DNA of 64,000 bases, taken from the NCBI RefSeq assembly GCF_009914755.1, contig NC_060936.1. One strand, written 5' to 3'. The notes under the pieces are model-generated. The model worked only from the letters and a program-made list of their open reading frames with translations. It was not told where the DNA came from and did not search any database. Position 1 is the stretch's first letter; each line of letters starts with the position of its first letter. The DNA is from the human T2T-CHM13v2.0 reference genome, Homo sapiens. This document shows positions 13,681-24,056 of the stretch, in pieces. The translations under genes and the position numbers were made by a program.

Positions 13681-15278
13681 AAACTCCAAGAGGAGATGAA
13701 GAGAATCCAGGAAGTCACCAGCTGTGGTGAACATTGTGCCTAACTTGACACCCTTTGTTTTGCCCATTTCTGCTGCCACTCTAAGAAAAGCCACTATGGG
13801 GTGAACTCCTGGGCTCCCAGGGCTGCTCCACGTCAACACCAAATCTAGAAACCTCTGGTACTGGATTTAACTACCCCTGGGGTTGCCATGAAGATGAAGT
13901 TCCAGGATCCTGGAAGGCTGAGGGTGGAAACCAAGTTAGTGATGAGGCAGGAGGAGAAGATGGGGTGAGCTCTCTTGTAAAACAGAGCAGGGAGCTGGAT
14001 CTACTGTTTCAGAGTGAGCAGGCGATGGCAAGCAGGAAGACACACTGTGTCGCCGGCTCACACCCACTCCTGCTGCCTGCTGCCTGCTGATGGCCACGCC
14101 TCCTGAAAAGGCTGGATTCAGGGTGGCCGCTCAACTTCGCAGCACCTGCTATCTCCACTCTGTGCCCACTCCTTCGCCTGCCACGTCTCCTACAGACACT
14201 GAAAGGGCCCTATCAATTTATTTGGTTAAGATCCATTTCAATGCTCAGAACCCTAATGTGGTCTGCAGAGCATGAATCCAGATGGCCTCGGGTTGCCTTG
14301 CACCAGTCCTGTACTGTGCTGCTCTCCCAGTCTGTTTTGACTCCTCAACCTAAGGCAGGAATCTTCCAAAGACCTGGATCCTCCTACTTAGAGAACAAGG
14401 AGGGCAGGTGATGAGAATAAGGGGGCTATCAATGGAAAAGCAGAGCAACAAGATCTTACAAATACAGGGAGAATGTCCACTGAGGTTGCAGGGTTTTGCA
14501 GGGTTTTGCAGGGATCAAGGGAGGGGCACAGGTGGGTAGGTAGAAAGTTCCAGTCCCTAGGAAATTAGAAAACTCTCCATGTATCGTCTCCGCACTAACA
14601 GCACCAAGCAGCAGCCCATAGCCACCAACACCGGCTTCTGCTTACTGGTCAAGAGGAAGACATCCCAGGGAGATTTGAGATTCGTGACATAGCAGTTTGT
14701 GACTATCAGGGTGCTGACCTCTCTGAGAAGCACAAGGTGACACACCTCAACATCCAGACACATCTACATGGTTTCCAGAGGGCATCTCTATGACAGGGGC
14801 CCTCCAATGGCAGCAGGAGGCCCCTGCATATGGTTCAGTGAACCAGATTCCTCTTGCAGGGCACAAATGGAATGTGAGGCAATGCCACCATTTAGGGGCC
14901 AGCACAGAGACTCAGGGAACAAGAAGCTTAGAGCAAAGCAAGTCACATGATGTTAAGGCTATGTGACTACTACAGCCTGCACAAGGAGATGTTGTCACGC
15001 ACTCCTCAAGACTCCAGAGAAGCCAAAATAAAGAAAAGAGCCCCTGGCAAACAAAATGATGCCTGAAACCCACATACTAAGCTTCTGCCTGTCACCTATG
15101 GGAAAGCCCTTGGCCCTGCCCCGTGGCCCAGCCACTGAAAGCCTATTTACTTTTATTTTAGAAACAAACTCGTTTATTTAATTTCTCATCCCAGAGGAGT
15201 TGAAAAGGGCACTGGGATTAATAGTGGCAGGTTCCTAAAAGACTTCCAGAAGTGACAACTAGCAGCCACGAATTAGAC

Positions 15279-15471
15279 CAGGGATGCACACATTTTTTCT
15301 ATAAAGGGTCAGACAGTCAATAATTTTAGCTTTGCGACTACTCTACTCTGCTCTGTAGCGTGAAAGCGGCCCCTGATGATATGTAAATGAGTGGGTATGG
15401 CTAGGTGCCAGTGAAACTTTATTTACAAAAACGGACGACGGGGACGTAGGCTTTAGTTTTTTGATCCCTTG
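15279..15471. mobile_element. MER58A-like
   Basis: ttctataaagggtcagacagtcaataattttagctttgc...aactttatttacaaaaac. Confidence 0.75.
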
Positions 15472-15642
15472 ATTACACAAAAAGTATCAAAACATGATAT
15501 TAAAACCACTGGAAAAGCACAGCAGTCTGGGGCTATTTAGGACAGGGGCAAACAGCAGACACACCTCAACAGATCTGACCAGTGTCCCCAGACTGTGGCC
15601 TGGGCTCAGGATTCCTTGCACTGGTTAGAAAAGGCACTGTGT

Positions 15643-15734
15643 CTCAGTCTTTGCCGCCGCGCCGGCGAGCGCCGCCCGGGAGGCAGCGGCTGGAGGAGCG
15701 GACGGGCCCCGCGGGGCCGGAGGGCAAGGAGCAG
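15643..15734 (+). other. MAST2 exon 1-derived 5' segment of SVA_F1 (CpG-rich)
   Basis: Translates (ORF 15582..15881) to SQSLPPRRRAPPGRQRLEERTGPAGPEGKEQ, recognised as the MAST2 N-terminus. It ends in ...GAGCAG where the SVA Alu-like sequence begins. Confidence 0.9.
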
Positions 15735-15775
15735 CCGCCTGCCTTGGCCTCCCAAAGTGCCGAGATTGCAGCCTC

Positions 15776-17020
15776 TGCCCGGCTGCCACCCCGTCTGGGA
15801 AGTGAGGAGTGTCTCTGCCTGGCCGCCCATCGTCTGGGATGTGAGGAGCCCCTCTGCCTGGCTGCCCAGTCTGGAAAGTGAGGAGCGTCTCCGCCCAGCC
15901 GCCATCCCATCTAGGAAGTGAGGAGCGCCTCTTCCCAGCCGCCATCACATCTAGGAAGTGAGGAGCGTCTCTGCCCGGCCGCCCATCGTCTGAGATGTGG
16001 GGAGCGCCTCTGCCCTGCCGCCCCATCTGGGATGTGAGGAGCGCCTCTGCCCGGCCGAGACCCTGTCTGGGAGGTGAGGAGCGTCTCTGCCTGGCCGCCC
16101 CGTCTGAGAAGTGAGGAGACCCTCTGCCTGGCAACCACCCCGTCTGAGAAGTGAGGAGCCCCTCCGCCCGGCAGCCGCCCCGTCTGAGAAGTGAGGAGCC
16201 TCTCTGCCCGGCAGCCGCCCCGTCCGGGAGGGAGGTGGGGGGGTCAGCCCTCCGCCCGGCCAGCCGCCCCGTCTGGGAGGTGAGGGGCGCCTCTGCTCGG
16301 CCGCCCCTACTGGGAGGTGGGGAGCCCCTCTGCCCGGCCAGCCGCCCCGTCCGGGAGGGAGGTGGGGGTGTCGGCCCCCCGCCCGGCCAGCCGCCCCGTC
16401 CGGGAGGGAGGTGGGGGGGGGTCAGCCCCCCTGCCCGGCCAGCCGCCCCGTCCGGGAGGTGAAGGGCGCCTCTGCCCGGCCGCCCCTACTGGGAAGTGAG
16501 GAGCCCCTCTGCCCGGCCAGCCGCCCCGTCCGGGAGGGAGGTGGGGGGGTCAGCCCCCCGCCCGGCCAGCCGCCCCGTCCGGGAGGGAGGTGGGGGGGGT
16601 CAGCCCCCCCGCCCGGCCAGCCACCCCGTCCGGGAGGTGAGGGGCGCCTCTGCCCGGCCGCCCCTACTGGGAAGTGAGGAGCCCCTCTGCCCGGCCAGCC
16701 GCCCCGTCCGGGAGGGAGGTGGGGGGGTCAGCCCCCCGCCCGGCCAGCCGCCCCGTCCGGGAGGGAGGTGGGGGGGGTCAGCCCCCCCGCCCGGCCAGCC
16801 GCCCCGTCCGGGAGGTGAGGGGCGCCTCTGCCCGGCCGCCCCTACTGGGAAGTGAGGAGCCCCTCTGCCCGGCCAGCCGCCCCGTCCGGGAGGGAGGTTG
16901 GGGGGTCAGCCCCCCGCCCGGCCAGCCGCCCCGTCCGGGAGGTGAGGGGCGCCTCTGCCCGGCCGCCCCTACTGGGAAGTGAGGAGCCCCTCTGCCCGGC
17001 CACCACCCCGTCTGGGAGGT
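15776..17020 (+). repeat. SVA VNTR, with a ~178-bp higher-order unit in the 3' half
   Basis: Short gtgaggagc...ccccgtctggga units. Higher-order starts at 16317, 16496, 16674, 16852 and 16979. Confidence 0.9.
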
Positions 17021-17520
17021 GTACCCAACAGCTCATTGAGAACGGGCCAGGATGACAATGGCGGCTTTGTGGAATAGAAAGGCGGGAAAGGTGGGGAAAA
17101 GATTGAGAAATCGGATGGTTGCCGTGTCTGTGTAGAAAGAAGTAGACATGGGAGACTTTTCATTTTGTTCTGCACTAAGAAAAATTCCTCTGCCTTGGGA
17201 TCCTGTTGATCTGTGACCTTACCCCCAACCCTGTGCTCTCTGAAACATGTGCTGTGTCCACTCAGGGTTAAATGGATTAAGGGCGGTGCAAGATGTGCTT
17301 TGTTAAACAGATGCTTGAAGGCAGCATGCTCGTTAAGAGTCATCACCAATCCCTAATCTCAAGTAATCAGGGACACAAACACTGCGGAAGGCCGCAGGGT
17401 CCTCTGCCTAGGAAAACCAGAGACCTTTGTTCACTTGTTTATCTGCTGACCTTCCCTCCACTATTGTCCCATGACCCTGCCAAATCCCCCTCTGTGAGAA
17501 ACACCCAAGAATTATCAATA
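17021..17520 (+). mobile_element. SINE-R (HERV-K env/LTR-derived) domain of the SVA
   Basis: Typical SINE-R sequence gtacccaacagctcattgagaacgggccag...gagaaacacccaagaattatcaataaa. Confidence 0.9.
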
Positions 17521-20334
17521 AAAAAATAAATTAAAAAAAAAAAAAAAAAGAAAAGGCACTGTGTATTTTAGGAAGATTTCCACTGAATGGTCAACATTTT
17601 CAGAGGGCTGATACTTAAAGGTATAAGGTGGCAAAGTCACTTACTGGGGAAACCCCTCATTGTTCAGTGATGGGAGAAATGAGACGCATGGTGCGGGTGA
17701 TGAGCTGAGTTACACGTGTCTGGACCAAGTGGGGAGTGCTGTGCCCCAGAGGGCCAAGAGCCAGATATCTCGCCATCACCCTGGAGACCTGCTTAGCACA
17801 GAGACAAACAGATGAACCTAGAAACCCAGTCACCGCCCTGCTAAATGGAAACAGAGAACAGCAGCAAGGTGGAGGGTGCCACCTCAAAGGTGCTCCGACC
17901 CAGGCTGCTTGTCTGCACACGACTAGCATTTGCTGTCACCCTGCTTCATTTGTCACCTCGATGTTATGGGACTTTGCATTCTATTGCACATTTTTTCCCC
18001 TCTATTTGTTTATGGTTGGTCTTCCTTGCTAACTACTGAATGGCCGGCACCCAGAACAGTTCCAACAGCACCTGGCACACAGTAGGTGCCCACTAAAAAG
18101 TGTCTGTGGAGTGCTGATGAATGGAGTTATTAATGGATGCTTGTCTTTTCCTGGATTTTCTGATTTCTGGCCCCTCTCATGATCGGGCTCTCAATACCTG
18201 AAATAAGAAACGGGGAGTGGGAGGAAGCGGCACTTGCTGAGCACCTGCCCTGGCCATGCCAAATGCTCTACACGCGCTGCCTCCCTTTAGGCCCAGAGCA
18301 GACCCACTGGGCGGCAGGCCTCCCAGGACGCATGTGAGACCTCGAGGGGAGGTCTTATCTGAGGTCACAGGACTTGCGTGTGGGTCTGTCTGACTGTGGA
18401 TTTTGCTTTGGCACACTGTGCCCCACCCTGGGGACAGTAACCAGCTTCAGCCCTTGAACTCAGTCCTTATGTTCTAGCTGGAGCCCGCCAGCCACTGGGA
18501 AATGATGGCAGAAGTGGAAAAAGAGGCTGAGGAGATGATGATGGATAGGGAAGGCGGCTTCTGAAGAGCTAGCATTCTAGAGGTTTCTGACACCTGCCAT
18601 GAGGAGGAACACTCCAGAACCCCCATGATGTTGGAAAGCCCAGTTCAGATGCTCCCCATCCTCTTGGCAAAAGGCCAAAGCATCCAAATGGCCCTACACA
18701 ACGGCTGAAAAGAGGGAGCGGGCATGGTCACTGAGTCTCCCTGGGAAGTCCCAGACCAAGAGGTCACAGCCATGAGGGGACCACTTTTCCAGACCAGTGG
18801 GGTACAGATTGGGGTGTACTTCAGGTAATTGAGTAGCTTCAACATCTGAGCTTCTCAAGAAAGCCAGGCCTACTGTCAACCAGGAGATGACAGCCAAGAC
18901 ACCTCTGCAGAAGATGCAAGCGGCGAAGCCACGGTGCGGACCGTTCGACAGAAAGCGTTGGAGGCCTCCCAGGGACATGTCAGGGGACAGGGAGCACGGG
19001 AGCGAGTGATTCATGCCGCAGAGCCTGCCAGTGCTCATGGGGAGGAGAACGAATCACCCTGCTGGGACAAATATTATTTTTAAAAGTCTGGGAAAGAAAA
19101 CAACAATAAAACAAGCCGAGCTCAGGATGACTGGTGAGTTTTAAGATGCAGGGAAGGGTTGAAATGAATCTGCGAGTTGGACCATTTGTTTGAGGCCAAA
19201 TAAACCAACAAAGAACTCGATTCAATTACAAAAGTTTAGAATTGGATGGTGAGTCAGAAGCTGAGAGCCCAAGAGGTCTAATCGGGTCTGTGCGTGGCCT
19301 GGAGTCCAGGACCGAGAGGAATGGACTCTGGAAGGCTGGTTCCTGGTTGTGATAGGAAAAGGCAGAACATGTGAGTCAGAGCACGCAAATGTGACAGCCC
19401 AAGTCGGGACAGCCCTTGGACATCTTGGTGTATGTAGGTGGGAGTCTCTTTTCTTAATAAGAAACCCAGTTAGGACCAGATAGGATTTGGGGTGTAGCAA
19501 AACCAAGGAGCCTGAGGCAGAAGTGAAGAGAAAGACGAGAAAAATCAATGGTCAGGAGGCCCCTTGCAACAGCCACTGTTTATCTCACAAGTGCGTTAAA
19601 GAGCGTCATTTGCAAAGTTCACGCAGAGGGAAAAGTCAATGATCGTGTCTCTGGCGACGCACAAAGCCCAGGATGTGCTTCATCTCCCAGCTGCCTCTCT
19701 GTGCACACACAGGAGAGGGGCCGTTTGTGTGAATCTCGGCCACACCTCCCCTGTCCTCACTTCCTCCTCCTCCATTCCATTTGGAAGATGGGGAAGTGTG
19801 GTCACAGCTTTTTCTGAGGCACAGTGACTATTCCAGCAGGCCTGTGGTGACGTGTGCCTTGGGGTGGGTGTGGGGTGGGGAATTTATTGTTAGAGGAAAA
19901 ATAATCAAAGGTTTTCACACCCTCATGGGGCAAGGTGGGAAATAATTAAAACCAGACTAGGATTCTCTGACTGGATTCAAGTCCCGCATTAAACAGAAAT
20001 TCTGTCTGGATCAGATGTTGTGTTTCCTATATCTGGGTGGGGGGCTGCTCCCGCAACTGCAGGGCAGAATCTGCAACCTATGCTGGGAGTGGCTGCCACC
20101 CACACTGGGAAGAAGGTAAGTCTAGAGGCATAGCTGGGAGGTGGGGGTCATGAGTGTGAACCTGGGAGTCCAGCTGCCTCCAGTGCTTATAAGCCTCTCT
20201 CCTCCACTTGGCCTCGGCTTGCCCATCTGTGAAATGGGGACAATGGTCTCCATGCTCAACAGTTGTGTTAAGGCTTAAAACAGATAATAAATCTATGGCA
20301 ATGAACACAGAGCTGGGCCCATAGTGAGTATTCA

Positions 20335-20671
<337 letters not shown>

Positions 20672-21299
20672 AAGAAGTAAAATGGACAAATTAAATGAGT
20701 GAATGACAGGATGAACTTTGGGATTACATGTGGGGCAGTTTAAGAATAACCCTCCCTCCAGAGTGTTCTGACACCTGTGTCCTCGGAGCCAGTGAAGGGC
20801 CAGGACTGAAATCCCACTTTACACATGAGGAAAGGGAAGGTGCTTGCCCCTGCCTAGGTGCAAAATATCAAGCCACAGAGATGGCACTTGGAGCCCACCA
20901 AGGTCCCATGCCCCCACTGGGCTGCCCCTGCAGCCACAAGGATGCGTGGCTTGTCTCACTCTCTGCAAATCAAGACAGGGAAGCTTCTCTAGGGTGTGGA
21001 GGTGATTTTACTTGAAACAAGGTTTCCGTCAGGGAGAGGACCTCCTCTGATACACCAGTGACCACTGATGACCGTGAACCACAAAGACCCACAGGTTGGA
21101 ACTGTGCTGTCCCAGGAACTTTTACTGACAGTACATTGCGGGGGGGTCCCGTTACCACAGAAGAAGCATTACCTGCTTGCCAAGTATCTATGGCCCCCAC
21201 TACCCCTCCCAGACCCTACAGGGAGGTGGAGTTAGGGGGAGCCCTGTGGCCAGATCTGGCCCATGAGGTGTGAGCAGAGGCCTGAGTGTGGGGCTGCAA

Positions 21300-21454
21300 C
21301 TGTCTTCTCCCCGGCCATGGTGAAACCTGGGGGCCTGAGTGACTATGTGGAGCAGAGCCTCCTGGATGCGTCCATACACTGTAGCTAAGGTAAGCTACTG
21401 AAGTTTGAGGCTAAGTTGTTACTGCAATGCATCTAGTCCCTCCTGACTAAAACA
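21300..21454 (+). mobile_element. Old MLT1 LTR 3' fragment
   Basis: cctgagtgactatgtggagcagagcc ... ttgttactgc...cctgactaaaaca. Confidence 0.6.
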
Positions 21455-21775
21455 GGCCTCAAAAAGGAAGTGCTGAAGGGAAGATCAGGATGGGTATGAG
21501 CAGGCAGCAACGAAAGCAAGAGAAATGCAAAAGGACAGTAGCTGCAAGAACAGCAGCCCCAGGATGAGAGCTCATGTAGACTGGTCTTCAGAATCCAAGT
21601 TGGGTTTGGTTCTCTACTCAGTTACAAATCACCTACTATGTGCAGGCACCTACTATGTTCAGAACGGATGGGCGAGTGAGGCCCAGCTCCTGCTCTCTAA
21701 TGTCCACTGGGACAGCAATTACCATTTTAAATGATACAGAGGAAAAAAGGAAAAAAATGACTGGTTCTTTTCGAC

Positions 21776-21994
21776 AAGGGCTCAATAAACCATGGCCTAC
21801 CGGCAGAATCTGGCCTACTAAATATTTGGGGTAAATACAATTTTACTAGAACACGGCTACTCTTATTCTCTTATGTCTCGTCTACGGCTGCTTTCAAGTT
21901 ACAGCAGAGCTGAAGATCTGAGACAGAAATCACATGGCCCATGAAGCTAGGGTATTTACTCTCTGGCCCTTTACAGAAACATCGACGACCCTTG
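21776..21994. mobile_element. MER58A-like
   Basis: tacggctgctttca...tatttactctctggccctttacagaaa. Confidence 0.72.
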
Positions 21995-22473
21995 TTCTCA
22001 ACTCATCTCCTCCCCATCCAAACCCCACTCCATCCTTAGGCATCACATCACCACTGTATCCCCAGCCCAGGGCCCCTCTCTGCCACTGTGTCCTCATCAT
22101 GTCACCCTAAACACCCGGTGTCTTGACCTCCTCACTCCCTATTTGTTTTCCTTAATCAGGTACTTACAGGGGGCACTTATTAGAAGCCGTGAGAAGATCA
22201 AGTCAATTGGTAATTAGGGAGGTTAGCACAAAGCCTCATTAGGCCTCTCCACCTCTGCCTCCCAATGTGTCATTTACCTGAGGGGGCCTTAATGATGGAT
22301 AAGTTTCCAGGGATCCTGCCACTGCAGACAGCTGAACCTGGCATCGGCCATCGCAGGCCCCAAGCGGGTTCTTTTCTGCAAGTGACCAGGAGAAGGGACA
22401 AGCCACCTTACCACCCTGCCCTGAGAGTGGCAAGACATGGGGCCCAGAAGAAAGAGGTACATCCATTCTCCCT

Positions 22474-22474
<1 letters not shown>

Positions 22475-22512
<38 letters not shown>
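22475..22512. repeat. (AC)19
   Basis: Counted directly. Confidence 0.95.
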
Positions 22513-22515
<3 letters not shown>

Positions 22516-23360
22516 CACTCAGCAAACGTCCCATAGCACGGGGATGGCAGGAAAGCCGCCCAAGGTCACCTATGCGGAGGCCCATTAGAAAACTGTTCCC
22601 TAAACTGGACCATAGCCAAGGCATGCAACTGAGTGAAAAGAAAAAAAGCCAGGTGCCAAAGAATTGAAAAAAAAAAAAAAAAAGGGGGGGGTGGTGAGAG
22701 GGTGAGATTGGGGGAGGAGATGTACGTATGTGTCTATGTATGTGTATCTGTTGTGTGTCACACACGCGAGTGAGTGGCACACAGAGAATTAGTTCTGGAG
22801 TGACAGCAGGGGCTGCCTGTAGGAGGCAGAACTAAGAACTAGACCGTGTGTCCCATCCCCGCCGTCTTGCAGTGTGGCTGCAGCTGTGGTGGATGGTCCT
22901 GTGAGCACTTGGCTTCCCCGTCCCCGCCAGCGTTCTGCCCCTCCTGGCCACCCATCCTGCCCTGGGAGCTTGCTCAATCCATGGGGAAGGAAAGTGAAAG
23001 CCTGGGGCAGTCCTCTGTGGGGTCCACCAGGGCACAGGACACCAGTGGGCAATTCTGGACCACATTCTGTACATTTCTTGCATGTTATGTTCATTGCAGT
23101 GGCTGCAATGACACACCTATATATGGACCTGTCCCTTCCCTGTCTGTCCTGCTGTCCCAGCTCCCTGGGGTCATCTGTACCTAAGGTCTTCTGGTTTGGA
23201 GAGAACAAATTAAGATAGACATTTAGCATTTTTCCATACTCTTTTCTGTAAAAATGATCATACATACATTTTATATATATATATATATATATGGACTTTT
23301 CTTTTTTTAAGGGGAAAAAGAAAACCCACTGACACTTCAAACACTAGCCCCTCCCACCAG

Positions 23361-23480
23361 GGCTGGATGACTTGCCCATTCCTTCCTCCTAGGCCCCATG
23401 GCTGGATGGCTTGTCCATTCCTTCCTCCTACGCCCCGCTTCCACCATGGCTGGATGGCTCACCCATTCCTTCCTCCTAAG
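23361..23480. repeat. Three-copy tandem repeat (39/48-bp spacing), core GGCTGGATG...CCATTCCTTCCTCCTA
   Basis: Cores start at 23361, 23400 and 23448. Confidence 0.88.
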
Positions 23481-24024
23481 AGCTTAGTGCATACAAAACA
23501 CTGTTCTGCCTTGATCCCTGTATCCATAATGCCCAGGAGAATCACTTGCTTCCCTTCCTCCCTAGGCTGCTGGGGAGCTCGGGCTACATCCAGCATTCCA
23601 TTGCAGGAACCCTCCTTAGCCTAAGTCTCCTGGCACAAATAGCACCCTCCTCCACCCCAGCTTGTACATGGCTCCATTTGTCCTTTTCCCAGATGCCCAA
23701 TGGAGGGCAGTACTGTGACTCCTGGTGGGCAGGCAGAGGGTGAGCAGAGAGGGGCTGAGGCATTTCTTCCTGGTGCCTTCTTGCTTAGAAGCCCCTTCTC
23801 TGGCAGCAGCTCTGCCCTACAAAATGACAGCTCCCCGGGCAGCCCCTCCTCTGTGCTCAGTGGTGGTTCTGACTGTCTCCCCAAAGCCCGTCACTCTGGT
23901 CCCGGGGGTGGTGATGAAGGCCACTAGATAAAATGAAGAAGGCCCACTTAAGTATAAATTCCAGAAAAAGAACAAATAGGTATTGCATGTACATCCAAGT
24001 ACTGTATGGGACATACTTATGCCC

Positions 24025-24056
<32 letters not shown>

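Larger units (their letters stand above)
15643..17548 (+). mobile_element. SVA retrotransposon, SVA_F1 (MAST2-SVA) type, 5'-truncated, antisense to RBM19
   Basis: TSD AGAAAAGGCACTGTGT at 15627-15642 and 17549-17564. Contains an Alu-like remnant from 15735 (ccgcctgccttggcctcccaaagtgccgagattgcag), a GC-rich VNTR, SINE-R, AATAAA at 17517-17522 and poly(A). No CCCTCT hexamer. Confidence 0.96.

Noticed and set aside
15582-17349. Many overlapping Pro/Gly/Arg-rich ORFs, one with MAST2 peptide
   Set aside because: Products of the stop-poor SVA VNTR. The MAST2 piece lacks the native start and is a passenger of SVA_F1, not a gene or stand-alone pseudogene.
22789-23340. 183-aa ORF with CxxCxxC (CKKCTEC)
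   Set aside because: Runs through poly(T) and (TA)n tracts with no splice or homology support; the Cys spacing is likely chance.
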